Shown in pieces: positions 1 through 12,858 of a stretch of 60,000 nucleotides of DNA. The stretch covers positions 3,164,001-3,224,000 of the forward strand of contig NW_024704742.1 in NCBI RefSeq assembly GCF_018977255.1. The letters are read 5' to 3'. Each line of letters opens with the position of its first letter. Positions within the stretch are counted from its first letter, which is position 1. A model generated the notes under the pieces. It saw only the letters and a list, made by a program, of their open reading frames with translations, had not been told where the DNA came from and did not search any database. The DNA comes from Callorhinchus milii (Eukaryota). The position numbers and the translations under genes were made by a program.

Positions 1-269
1 CCCAACGGAGGAGGAAGCAGACTCCTGTAGCGAGCTAGAAATCTTTATCATCGGCGGAAGACAGCTCCTGCTTACTGTCAGCTGCAAAATCTATCTCATT
101 GTGCGGAGACATCAAATTTTCCACTACAATGCTTGTGCCGCTACCCGGAGAGAAGCAGAACGCTCGGAAATTCTAACTGATAATGCAGAACAAAATAATT
201 GTTGGGAGAAAGTTGGAGAGACGATCAATTATGATAAAAACAATATTTTTCGGGGGGGGGTCCGGTCGG

Positions 270-480
270 GTGTCTGACCCATGCGGAAACCCATCACCGT
301 TGCGTAAGAGTTTCCAAAGCCGAACTGCGAATTCTACGGGTCCCACCTTACACAAGGGAATTCCAGAGACAGATTGTTGGAATGGATGCGCTCTCTCTCT
401 CTCTCCCTGGAGGGATGCATCCTGCTTACCTGTATACCGGAAAGTGTTAGGCGCAGGTTGGCAGTTGGAGGCAATCCTTA
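270..480 (+). repeat. Unclassified interspersed repeat, fragment (family X)
   Basis: GGAAACCCATCACCGTTGCGTAAGAGTTTCCAAA... resembles 47702-47780 and 45170-45250. Confidence 0.5.
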
Positions 481-2179
481 AGCAGATCGAGACGGAGGGA
501 GTTCCAGTGGTTAGGGACTTAGGGTATCGAATTCCTTAGAATTTGTAAGCGAAGGGCTTTGAGACTTTTTGACGTCACAGGTGCTGTAGACAAAGCCACA
601 AATTCGCAACCTCCGCTGCATGAGACAGCACCGCTCAATTCAGATTGCGGTGCCTGACCGAAAGAGCTGAGTGGGTGGACAAGCTGGTGAGCGGCATGCT
701 CTCCAGTCTAAGCTGCGCGGGTCCTGAATGCTGAGGCTAGTTGTGGAGTTTGCCACAATGGCAGTCAGCGGCGATACATATTGTAGGATTGGATTGATGT
801 GCCAGCGTATCAAAGGGCAGAACCTTTCACACGCTTTACATCAATGCTCAGCGGCATCGAGAAGCTCTCAGCCTTACAGGGCGCTGATGGTGAACGCTGC
901 GTGTTTGATGAGTAATGCATGAGCTTGTGAACTGGCCTGTTACTTCCTTTCATTTATTTAAACGTCCATCGACAGAGTCCGTGGTATTGTCTGCCTGTGG
1001 TTCCGCCCACTTCATTTTTTCTGAAAGATTTTATTCTCGTTTCCGCTTCCCTCCGAGATCACGACACGAGACAACGGGGAAAAGACCACCCTAGCCATCC
1101 AGCAAGCCCCGTAAAGCTGCCCTGCCATGGACTGCACCCCCAACCACTCCATCTCATAGAAACCGTGCAATTGCGGTGCCCAGAGAGGAGGTCAATGTTG
1201 CCACTGCGATGCTTTCTTTGTCAGTCTTTTTTGTTATTCACCTGACTGACTCCTTCCATCTCTGCTTTCACACCCGACTTCTAGACATTCGACATTCGCT
1301 TAGTGGCTTTTGTGGGAAACTACTCTGCCACCCTCGCCCGCAAAAACACAGTCACTGCACCGTACGGTGCATCCTGTGAAACGGTTTGAGTCGTCCTCCC
1401 AAGGTGAAAGGCACTTTGCCGAATGGAAGGATTATTAGTGTTATTATTAGACCTCCGAGCTCTTCGACTGCGCTATTGACTGTCCAGAGGATCTGAGAGT
1501 CCACCTGGTAGAGAAATGGCCAGCGGTGAAGCCTAAGACATTTCCAGTGTCATTTCTCAATGATTAACACACTGCTATAAGGCTTCTGCATGTTCACATC
1601 ATTCCTCAAAGTGCCCGACCTCCACTCTGATGCATTTTACCATCCAGTGACAATACAGTTTACATTTGCAGTCGCGTCTTTCGCATCAGGAGGTCATCTC
1701 AAAGCACTTTTACGTAGCCGCTAAGGCAACTGTAGGGGGGACAATACTGAGGTGGGTGGGGGTGTGGAGGGGGGGGGGGGGACAGAAGGATGACTGAAAG
1801 CACGGTCAAAGAATTAAGTCGTGAGAGTTTTTTTTTATTGAAGAAAAAGTCTAATAAAGGAATTTATGGATCATGGTGCACAACACCACTGAGATCGAAA
1901 ATAGTGGCAGAGAAACGGGACGGTGTTAGGTGACACCAAGCTAACCTTTTGAAGGTACTATTGATTACAGGAATGATTATTAATGGTGTGGTGCACGTTC
2001 CCAGAATAAAAGAAATAATACTAATAATTTGGTCACTCAATCCCCGACTGTCTGTGGGACGCCGCTGTGCGCAACGGGCTGCCGCGTTTCGCCCACAAAC
2101 CATACAGTCTATTCACTTCACAGTCTATTCTGTGAAGCGCTTTGAGACGTCAGTGTGTGCATTTGGTGCTGCTGGAGCT

Positions 2180-2420
2180 TAACACACTAATTCCACACAG
2201 CTTGCCAACTAATTCCACTGGCAAGCTTTCCCGCTGCTTGACCAGCTCGGACTACCGTTAGAGTTTTGGCTTGCGGGGTTAACAGCTGAGCTGAGTGAGA
2301 GCTCAGTGCCTTCCCCCAGTGACTGGTCTGCCCTTCCAAGTCCTACAGATGAGTCAGGCTGGGCCGTGCTGTCATCAGCAGTGCCCTGGAATACAGCAGA
2401 CCCTCCTGACGATCTTCTTT
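2180..2420 (+). repeat. Unclassified interspersed repeat, fragment (family X)
   Basis: CCCCCAGTGACTGGTCTGCCCTTCCAA...CTGTCATCAGCAGTGCCCTGGAATAC matches 45530-45610. Confidence 0.6.
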
Positions 2421-3309
2421 TAAAATTTAACAACAATTTCCTAAGAAGCGATGGGCAGACAAACCAGGATTTGCGTACCTCGGTTGTTCCACTTGTTCCC
2501 ATCCCCGCATTATTCTCCGTTGCTCTAGTTTAGTGCATTTTTTTTTGTTTCTCATGTGCAGAACTCTTTTTCTTTGTTTGTCTTATTGCATTTGATCTCC
2601 TCCGCCGGCCTGTTACACTGCTGGTCTAGTTATTAACTGCTAGTTCACACCTACTTCTCCCTGCGTCCTGCAGTTACGGTTTAATTGATCCGAGTTCTTT
2701 GATCTCCCTGGTAATCCTCTTAAATGCCCCACCTTTTCCGTTGGCTTTAGTTTTCGTGGTGTGGGCTTTGAATCGGCGAGCCTGTGCGTTGTGGTGGCAA
2801 TTGCCCCTCCTATAGCAGAGAAGATGCGTATATAAAACAAAGGACTGCTCTGTTCCATTCTGGACTGGCCCTGCGCTTCAGAAAGTCGCCTCTTAAAGAA
2901 TGACGTATTATCTCATTTCAGAGTTGGTTAGCCTTCTCTATCTGTATCTGCCTCCCCCGAATGGCAGTCACCTTTTCTTTATTTTGTTGTGTGTCTCTCC
3001 CCCCAAGTTCCTGAGCGCATAACATCCACATTCCCATCTACCCTACTCCCCCACTCCCACCCAACACCCCTCTCCCTCCCTGTACCTCACTCAAATGATT
3101 ATTTTCCATAGCGAATCTCCATAAACAGTGAGCGCTGACAGGATTCGGTGGGGCGGAGGGCGGGGGGGGGGGGGGAAATAGGGAGATCACAACTCAGTCT
3201 GACCCAATGCTTACACTTCCATTTTCCAGCGGAAATCTCTGGCTGGCAATAAGTAAGCAGAAGACATGGCTGATTTTCCCTCACCTAACCGTAGTATCCC
3301 GACGACTGT

Positions 3310-3630
3310 CCAGGTTGACCCTCCAGTACAGTGCTGAGGGGGGGGGGGGGTGAGGGGGGAGCACTGCATTGTTGGAGGTGTTGTCCTTCATTTGGTGAAG
3401 TTAAACCAAGGATCCGTCTACCTGTTCACGTGGAAGATAAAGATCCTATGGCACTGTTCAAAAAAACGAGTGGAGTTTCTCCTGGTATCCTGGCCAAAAT
3501 CTCTCAGATAATAATTATCAGTCACCTCACGACCGTTTACGGGACAATGCTGTGCACAAAATGGCTGCCGAGTTGGCCTGCAGGATGCTCAGTCACTACA
3601 CTTTGCAATAAAATCCCGTGAAGCGCTACC
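3310..3630 (+). mobile_element. Deu-domain SINE (SacSINE1-like), 5'-truncated
   Basis: GCACTGCATTGTTGGAGGTG...GTTAAACCAAGG...AAAGATCCTATGGCACTGTTC...TCCTGGCCAA core, shared with other copies in the window. Confidence 0.75.
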
Positions 3631-3654
3631 CGAAGTGCCGATCAAAGCAGACAG

Positions 3655-3805
3655 TCCGGATGGATTTAAGAGGAAGCTAGAGATGCAGGTGAGGGGGAAG
3701 GGAGTAGAAGGGTCTGGGAGGGAGTAAGGAGTGGGCGGAGACTCTTGTAAAGTCTGAACGCCCTCAGACTCATTGGGCTGAACGGTCTGTTGTCACGCTG
3801 TGCAA
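3655..3805 (+). mobile_element. CR1 LINE 3' end relic
   Basis: GGATTTAAGAGGAAGCTAGA (FKRKL, ORF2 end) followed by ...GGGCTGAACGGTCTGTT 3' UTR motif. Confidence 0.55.
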
Positions 3806-4692
3806 ATCGAAAAGTAAGCACTTTTAGAAACCACCCGAAGTGGAGCGCGGTTTGTCAAAGGCAAGGATTATTATTCCTGGGGGCCAACCGAGATCAGCTA
3901 GCTCAGCGTTGACCAACCAGGGATTACGTATGGCTCAACGCTGAGCAGAGCCACGAGGGAAGCTGACACCGTCCGACTTGGCACACAATTCTACATCTTT
4001 CTCTCTCACAACACCCAAAGCACAGTGGGCAGAGTGGGGCCACACAGTGGTAGGATGAGGTGATGCACCTATAATTCCCCGATTTCCCCACGTGAGAAGT
4101 TTCTGAGCTGAATTCTGCCTGGCGAGGGGAGCGGGCAGTGGGTGGTGGTGGTGGTGGGGGGGGAGGGGTTGGAGGGAGGTCAGGTATCCCATCACTTACG
4201 TACACTTACAAACCTCGGCTCTGACCTTAACAGCGGCTCTCCCAGGCAAACGAGGCGGTCACCTCCTCTGCCATCATTCTCCGAAGCTCCTGAGTATAAC
4301 AGAGAGCAAAGCGTTCACTTCTGAGCGGGACAGTCAAGTTTCCGACCCTGCCAAGCCATCCATCACCGAACTCTGCTCGTCACCGCGGGCTGGCAGTTCA
4401 GGTTTAGCTGCCGTCGCTCAGGCCACTGGAAAGAACAGCCAACACATCACGGACAGCTCAGCAGATAATGTTTCAAGGGCGGCTCCGATAGATTCATCTC
4501 CACAGGTGCGTGTGGCAGTCTCAGTCAGGCATCCAGGTCTCGCCCAGTTGATCCCTGTCTTAAGACGATTGGGTGTGTCCCTGGGTGGGGGTGTGGGGTG
4601 GGGGGGAATGAGAAAGAAAGAAAATCCAGTCTTAGCGCTGAACGCATTCCTGCTGCAAACAGAGCAAAAAAATTAAACCACCTACAGTTCTA

Positions 4693-4811
4693 CAGGGTGT
4701 CCAAAATAGTCGTGTTACCATTGAAAAAATGTCTCATAAATCTTAAAGAAATGATGATTTTGTTTTGAAGATGATAGGCCGGCAGGAAAGTAAGACTATT
4801 TGGTCGCCCTG
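4693..4811. mobile_element. Small Tc1/mariner-type MITE
   Basis: TA|CAGGGTGTCCAAAATAGTC ... GACTATTTGGTCGCCCTG|CA: imperfect ~18-bp terminal inverted repeats, TA on the left flank. Confidence 0.6.
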
Positions 4812-6294
4812 CACATCAGGGTCTAAACTGCGACATTCACAAACCGGATTTATTGCCGGAACTGACTGTGAATATTGGATTTCGCGGTTCAGGCCAATGT
4901 TTGTCAGTGACCAATCCTAAAATTCCTACACCGACAAAATCTGTATGTATATATATATATGTATATTTTTTTTAAAAAAGTCCGCCAACAAAACACCAGC
5001 GGGCAGACGGTTGGCACATCACACGCCGGCCTTTTCGCGGAGTTGACGCCGGCTTGGGATCTGCGATTGGGTCCGACCTGCCAATTTATTTCACCGAAGA
5101 AGCTCGCCCTCTGACATTCCGAAAGCGGACGTCGCTATCGATGCGTTCGGCCCCGTGTGTCGAGAGCGCGGGTTAGCACTGCCCTGCCCGCTTCACCGCA
5201 CCAAGGGACTTTAAACAGCCGGACGCACCTCGGCCGCCGAAGAAGGTGACATGAGCCGAGGAGCAGCCGCCAGTGAAGAGCACGGAGTTTGACACGACAA
5301 GAAAAATGGCCAAGTCCATGTGTTTTATGACTTGGAAATTAGTGACAATAATTAATGGGAACACATTTTGGGGCATAATGCAAGCCACCTGGTTGCAGTC
5401 TCCTTAGGTTCTCTCTGGTATGCCCTGAATAAGGCCTGCAATGCACAGAGGAAATGCTTTAATCAGCCAGCTTGTACATTTTATGATCTGTCCGATTAAG
5501 AAAGCGAGCCAATGGAGGCCCCAGAAAAGACAATTAGTAGATGCTGTAAAAAGAAAACTGATGCCAATGTACTTGTGTAGTCAGTGGGACAAATTGCTCG
5601 GGCGGTACTAAAAACCCGGAGCCAGGATTCGCAGCACTCGGTGAACATGAACAAAAGAGCGCGGGGCTGAGCTGGCGAATCGGCACTGCAGCCGTGAGGC
5701 TAACCGGCCGGCGCACAAAAACCTTTCTGCAGTGCGGGAAATTACACGAGCGGGCCTTAAAACGGGAGTTGCTTTCAAGAGCACTTGGCGGAAGTCCTGG
5801 CCGCTGACGTCTCTCTGCGTCTTCACGGACTTTGGTGTACCACGTGCTACCGTCATCCTCAAAGAGTTCATAATGAAGCAAGGTCCCCTCCTGTGCAGTT
5901 TATTACTTTCTTTGAATGAATGTCTCCTCGCTCCCGTTATTTTATTTTATTTTTAGCCGGTTGATGAATGATTCAATTATTCCCTCAAAGTCTGCTCGCG
6001 AGCCCTCCAGATCTTTTTTTTTGTTGAAAAAAGACAACCTCAGTCTTAGTTTTCTAATTGCCGGCAAAGCGATATCAAACGCCACGTACGCTGCTCGTCA
6101 CTCTGGTGTTCGTCTTGAGGCCGGGAGGTGGAGCTTTCCTGCTGTTGCCATTTTGCCCGCTTTCTTCTCCAAATCGCAAGCTTAAGTAACCCATTTAATG
6201 ACAGATTATAGTCAGTACCGGGCGCTTGGGAAATAAAGAGAAGGCCGAACGTGAACCCTATCTGAGCACAGCAAGGAAACCGGAGCACGGCGGT

Positions 6295-6830
6295 GTCTCA
6301 TTGTCCTGGCTCAGTCGGTAGCACTCTCGGCTCCGAGTCCAAGGGTGGTGGGTTCAAGCCCCACATCAACACTTGGAACCCACATCAATCCAAGCTGACA
6401 CTCCCAGCGCAGTGCTGTGAGAGTGCTGTATTGTTGGAGGTGCAGTGCTTCTTTGGATGAGACGCTAAACCAAGGTCCGGTGTGTCTGTACAGACGGGAC
6501 TTCAAAACTCCCGCGGCACCGTTCGAAAAGAGAAAAGAGTCTCTTCCCCGTGCGGTGGCCGACGGTTTCTCAAATTAAATTGGTCATTCACTTTACGGCT
6601 GTTTGTGGGACATTGCTGCCATTTTTGTCCACAAATACGCAGTCACACAACTTTACGGTATATACTATAATAATAATAATCCTCGCATTTGATATAGCGC
6701 TTTATCATGTCTTCGAGACGTCCCAAAGCGCTTCACAGAATATACTGCAAAGTGAATTGACTGTATACTTTGTCGGCGAAAACACTATGAAACACTTTGG
6801 GACGTCCTCCTGCCATGAAGTTATTATTGT
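6295..6830 (+). mobile_element. Full-length Deu-domain SINE (SacSINE1-like) with a nested antisense SINE tail at 6669-6783
   Basis: tRNA-like head (TGGCTCAGTCGG A box, GGTTCAAGCC B box), Deu core and L2-like tail interrupted by a minus-strand tail fragment. Confidence 0.8.
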
Positions 6831-8814
6831 TGTGATGATTGTCATATAAAAAGTGGATAATCATTTCTGGCTGCCTCAGAAATGCCTCACCCATGACATT
6901 ATTCGAAAAGACAAGTATGTTTCTTCTCGTGTCCTAGTCAGCAATCCTTCAGATAATCCCCTTATCACATCAAAACATCTCAAAGCACTTCACAGGTAAT
7001 TACTCTCAAGTAGTGATTGTACAGTGACCTTGGCATTCAGTTTGACCCTCAGCTGACTTTCCTCCTTCACACTTGATCCCCAGTAAGGACCACATTTTTG
7101 CACCTTTGCCTCATCGTCCACCTCCATCCCTATTTCACCCCATCACTGCCAAAAAAATCTCGTTCGTGCCTTTGTTGCCTTCAGACCGTGACTTTTCAAC
7201 TGCCCTCTTCGCTGGCCTCCCAATTGCTCCAAATCACAGACTCCAACTTCTCCTCCTTTGCACGACCTTGAAGGGGTGTGTGGATAAGGAAGGGTGGAGG
7301 GATTACAGCGATATCCTTGCTCTGTCAGACAGTGCAGACTCGGAGGGCCAAATGGCCCATCTTCTGAGCTGTAGGTTTCCATGTGTCATGTTACCCCCAT
7401 TTAGATCTGCCAATGAGCAAGAGGTGATCATAAGATCAGCCCAGCTATCCAGATTCTAAACATGGAAAGAGCTTTTGACTTTACCTGTTGTGTACCCCAC
7501 GTACGGTTGCATTACCTTCTCTTGGCCCCCAAAAATCAACCCACATTATATTCTACGTTTCCAAGGTCCGAGCATTAACCTCATGTGCCCTTAACTCTGA
7601 GACCTTTATAAAGGAGTTAAAGGGACTTCAGGGGTTATGGGCTTTGGGGGAAATCTTCCCTAAATTCAGAGCATTTTTACCAGGTTTGTTACGGATGTGA
7701 TCCCTAACTGTAGTCCACACCAAGTGATTGACCAGCACTTGATTCCAACAGTGTCTACACTTCCCAGGTGATGTTCCTTGCAAGTTGGGCTGACTGAAAA
7801 TCTCTGTTCTTCCAGACCAGACAGATGCTGTATAATATTGCCTCAGTTAATTCACTTCTGGTATCACGTTGTATCCCAGGAGATTCCCTCCTGTGAGAAC
7901 TTTCAGAGGATAGCTGTCATCTTTATCTTGGCGTTCGCCAACAGATGCTACGGCAGAATAGCTAGAAAGGTGCCATGGTTGTCCAGGCACCCTGGTAGCA
8001 AGCACTAGGTCATTAACTACAGCTTCTTTCATTTGGCTTAAAGTCTTTCCTAAACTATGCTTATTCTTCAAGCTGCTGATTCCAACAATGCTCCCATTTT
8101 AACATGCCCACGCCCAACTGCTGCTCGTTCAACACTCCCCTCCTTCACCTACTTCTCTGGAACTTGTTCCCTGAAGCCCTCCATCTCGCTCCCTCTCTGT
8201 ACGCCATCAAAGGCCACCGAGAAGCCTATTCCTTTGACTGTGCCTCTCTCTTCCCCATTCTCTCTGCATGGTGTCTGACACGGTCTCTGTTAAGTGCCCC
8301 AAGACATTACTCTGTGTGAAGGGCACAGTGAAAATGCAAGTTGTTACTGTTGTAGATTGAATCACCCGACAGATTCATTTGTTGACGTCCTGGCATGTTT
8401 TAAGGCTGGGCGGGCTGCTGGTACCAAAAGATTTTTTTTTAAAAAAACATTGTTTTATAAGATGTATAAATCTTTTACTTTTTCTTTAATGCTGCTTTGA
8501 TAATTTGTCACATTCCGTAAAAAAGCTGAGAGATAAGATAGCTTTGCTGAAGTCTGTCTACACTTAACATTTCACATCCATTCCTTAGAGAGTTTACAGT
8601 CTGCTCTGGGGCTCTATTGACAGAGAGAGAAAATATTAGATCTCTGATCCCCGGTCAAATATTCGTCCAATGAATCATGACGTTCTCCTTCCTGCCTCTT
8701 GTTTGGTTATAGAGATTAGAGATTGATAGCGCGGAGAACTTGAGTTTTCATCTGTGAAGCTAAACCAGTCGGAGGTATTTCAGTCGTAGATGAAGTAGAT
8801 TTTCTAGTGTGGAT

Positions 8815-9130
8815 GTGTCAGCTTGGCTTAGCCGGTAGTACTCTGGTCCCTGTATCAGAGATTATGGATTCAAGCCTTATGTCACAACATTCTGCGTCTA
8901 GTTCATTGCTTCATCGAGCAGCCTGATCAAGAACTGGTGAAACAAGTATTTACAGTATTTATATATATACATAAAGAAGTAATTAGATCACATTCCAGGA
9001 TGACTCTCCAGTGCAATACCGAGGGAACACTGTATTGTCAGAGGTGCCAAACATTAAACCAAGGGTCCATCCACTGTTGAATTGGACATTAAACATCCCA
9101 TGTCAAAAAAGAGAGTTCTTCTTGGTGCAC
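8815..9130 (+). mobile_element. Degenerate Deu-domain SINE interrupted by a ~97-bp insertion
   Basis: Head TGGCTTAGCCGGTAG...GATTCAAGCC at 8825-8880; body resumes at ~8985 (GACTCTCCAGTGCAATACCGAGGGAACACTGTATTGTCAGAGGTGCC). Confidence 0.7.
8886..8982 (+). repeat. Direct duplication, copy 1 (partner 9911-10019)
   Basis: AACATTCT..CTAGTTCATTGCTTCATCGAGCAGCCTGATCAAGAACTGGTGAAA.AAGTATTTACAGTATTT(AT)nAAAGAAGTAA present twice. Confidence 0.95.
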
Positions 9131-9149
9131 TAGTTCGGTAAGTTTGGGA

Positions 9150-9560
9150 GGAAAACCAGGGAAGTTGATGAGATCAGAGCCATAATTGAGGAGACATTGG
9201 TGGGAGCTGAGGAGAATAGCTTTGGTCTTGTCCATGTTAAGATGCAAGAAATTGAGGCTGATCTATGTCTTGTTGTCTGACACATGGGCAGGACATCAGA
9301 GGCCTTGGAATCAAGAGTAGAAGTGGAAAAGTAGACATGAATGTCTTCGCATGACATGTGGAAATTAATTGGATGTCTGCGGATGTCGTCACCAAGAGAG
9401 AGCATGTAGATCAAATGCAAGGATTAGTATTTACTGTATTTACCACGATGGAGTCAAGATGAGAATGTGGACATTTCTGCTATTTCTGTCAGTCGCTTGT
9501 TGCTATGTAGTCAGGTTCACATTGCTTTCTCAGGTCTTGTTGAGAACCACAATCCCAGAG
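9150..9560 (-). mobile_element. L2 LINE reverse-transcriptase relic
   Basis: Minus ORF 9130-9420 reads LIYMLSLGDDIRRHPINFHMSCEDIHVYFS, a decayed L2 'IYMLPLGDIIRxHxxxFHxYADDTQLY' motif; LNFLHLNMDKT follows in another frame. Confidence 0.75.
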
Positions 9561-9910
9561 AGAATTAATTCAGCAGAAGAGGCCGACAGGTTAATATTAG
9601 GGCGTGATATTCTAGTTTTAAATGTATCATTAAACAGTCAATTGTAATTGCATCGGGAGATGAACTGAATTTGCCATTAATTTCGGAACAATTCAGCTGT
9701 TTCGAGGTAAAACATAACTCGTCTGATCGGTTTTCTATCTAAGATGAAGGGTTTCACTGTTCTTCAGTCAGTCAAGGCTAGAAGTCTAAGTTACCGAAAG
9801 ACACCAAAATAAATACATATCCAACAGCAAGTTTGCAGGTGTTTACACGTGAGCATTTGGATGAAGAATAGGTCGGTAAATCAGGAGGCTGGGAATTTTC
9901 TTTTTGAAAA

Positions 9911-10019
9911 AACATTCTACGCCTAGTTCATTGCTTCATCGAGCAGCCTGATCAAGAACTGGTGAAAAAAGTATTTACAGTATTTTTATATATATATATA
10001 TATATATATAAAGAAGTAA
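9911..10019 (+). repeat. Direct duplication, copy 2 (partner 8886-8982)
   Basis: Near-identical to 8886-8982 except a few substitutions and a longer (AT)n. Confidence 0.95.
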
Positions 10020-12858
10020 CCAGAGGAGGTTGTGTTGCCTTGGCAATGTGTAGTATCCCACACTTTAAGCGACTGCACAGTGAGGTGCCACAACACATTC
10101 AGTGACACAACAACATCACCTCCTGGGCCACAAACAAGTTTTAATTTTATTCTCACCAGGAAGCAACGGAAACGGGTGAGGCTGCACTGAGAATGTTTGC
10201 TCCTCGGCAGATTCGGTGGGATCGCAGTTCCCGGGGCGCAGGGCAAGTCACCGGGAAGTATGTCTTCGCATACTCCACATAGATCCACAGCCGGAATGGG
10301 TATTCAGGAAGTGCCGGGGTGAAGCCAGAGAACTGGACTCATTTAAGAGGTGGCAGCGTGGGTATTCCGGAAGGATAAGATCAAATGGGTCGAACAACGA
10401 CGACGACAACTTGAATCGTGTATGGGGCCCCTCCACGGAGAGTAGCGTCTCAGAGCGCTTGTATTCTTCCAATTTTATGTGCTGCCAAAGCGAGCACGAA
10501 AGGTCTTCAGCCAAATCTCTCTCGTGCCCTCTCCCTCGTTGACCTCACAAAACGGTTGTCTGTAAATTCACCCTCTGAATGTCATGCGCTTTCTCGCACA
10601 TTTACAAAAGCACATGGTTTCACGATGAACCAGATCCAAATGCAGACACCTCGTCCCTGTCACAGGGAAATCTCGCCTTTGGGGGTTCTACTCCACAAAC
10701 AATTAGCGGAGAGGGTTGAAAGCGCCAGACCAGTGAGATGCTAGCCGAGAGACTGGGGAGCTGCACAAATACGTGCTGATGGATCTTATACTTTGCGCTC
10801 AGGGAATAAAAAAGAACAGCTTTCCATTCAGGACGTCATTACCTACTAATTTCAACAACAATAACCATAGCAAATTTAAGGTGGGTGTTAAAGATCCCGT
10901 GGCACTATTCGAAGAGGGAGTTTCTTCTGGTTTTCTTGGGCAACAATGTTGTGTGAAATGCTTTGAGGCGTCAAATTATTACGACGACAGTATTCCAGGA
11001 AGCGTTCAGGAATGCTGCAAATTTGACTCCGATTATGTTATTGTATATACTAACCAAGAAGTATATATATATATACAGGACTCAGTAGGCACGTGACTCT
11101 GGGTCTAGTCAGTGACTACAGAAATATAAGGCATAAACACAGACGTGGCGATCTTGTAGAAAGGAGTGCATTTTCTTCATAGAGTACATGGGAAATTTGT
11201 GGGAGGCTGGGAAATCTGGGAGGAAAAAACACAAGAGAATGCCAGAAGTCTGCAGCAGATCAATCAGACTGCGAAAGAGAAAAAAAAATAGGTTAAAGCT
11301 TCTCGCGTGACTCTTCATGACGGGTCCTTTAGAAACTGCTTGACCTGTGTAAGGTTTCCAGGATCTGTTTTTATTTCTGATCATTTCTTCCAGTTTCTTC
11401 AAAACCAAGTTAAACACACACACACACGCACACGCACACGCACACAACACTGGAGACAACGATAAACAAAAGCAGTTACTGCAGCGTTACAAATCCCTGT
11501 CAAAATTTACGAACGATCATTGTCTCAGTGATGTCTTTGGCTCCGCGGGATTTGACGTGGCTTCTCACACCATTTGCACTGGTCGAAGTGGCTGCAGACA
11601 TTTGAAAAGGTGACAATTCGAATGGAACAAGTCAGCGCTGGAATAGAGAGAAAGTTCTGCCGACGTGATACAGTGGGGAGGAACCGCAGAGCACTTTCAA
11701 TACTCTGATTCATGCAGCGAAAATGACAATTATAACAGTGCCTAAAAAAACACCTAGCAATCATTTCACACACACACCCAAAAGAACATGCCCACGACGC
11801 ATTCCTCTTGCGTTGGTGCTCCACTCACGGAAGAGGAACAGTGGGATCGAACGTGCGAGAGTCACACAGTGATCTGGAACTTTTCGCCCACAAAATACGC
11901 AGTCAATCCACTTCACAGTAGACCCTGTGAAGCGCTTGGAGACATCTCGACAAAGCGATAAGGCGCTGTGTCAAATACCAGGCTTCGAATACAGTTCTGT
12001 CAAGGCTTTAGCGCACATGCAAGATCAATAAAGGAGAAAGGAGAATCGCAACCAGCCACGTACGTGTTGCAAAAGGGAATGCCTTTCTAAGCACATGCCA
12101 CAACGGCTGACCAGAAATGACGGGGTAAACAGCTAGTAAAATATTCAAGCGATTTCTAAACGGCTTCAAAGGATTGCTCAGCTGAAGGCGGGCAAGAAGT
12201 GAAACTGCACGGAGATGAATGCACGCGGCCACTCGACCGTCTGGATGGAGCAAATAATTATTGCATCAAAATTTTGTGGTCATTCGTTAATTTTATGGCT
12301 GTTTCTGGGACAATGCATTTGGACTGCTGCGTTTACCTACAAAATGCAGTCCCTACACTTTACAATAAATCTCGCAAAGCACTTTGGGGTTTCCTCCTGA
12401 TGTGAAAAGCGCTATATCAAACGCGAGAATTATATGGCTATTTTTGTGTAACTGCGTATGTACCCAACTGAGAGAGCTAGTCATTTTATTGAGTAAAATT
12501 CTGCCTGGGAGGTTTATAGTCAGGAGATGTACGCTCACGAGAGTGAGTGTAAAAAAAAAACAGAGACAGTGATACGTAATAAGGTTTCTCTTCTCAATTA
12601 TACTCACAGCCCAGTTCCACCCGCTCAACTCGCATCACCAGGGATGAAAATAAGAAAGACAAAATGATTTAACTGGAACAAATACATACTCCACTAGAAA
12701 GCCACCGGGGATAAAATGTCAAAACTGTGACAAGTGTGGCAGGAGTTGGAAGCCTCTCAAGACTACCAGCAAGCATACAATAGAACACAAATTAAAAACA
12801 CTAAAACATTATTTAAAGCTACAACCATTTCTCCGACTACAACCATAGACAAGTTGTT

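Noticed and set aside
4440..4461. REST/RE1-like site (CACGGACAGC); also half-sites near 19455 and 20298
   Set aside because: Only half of the 21-bp consensus matches in each case.
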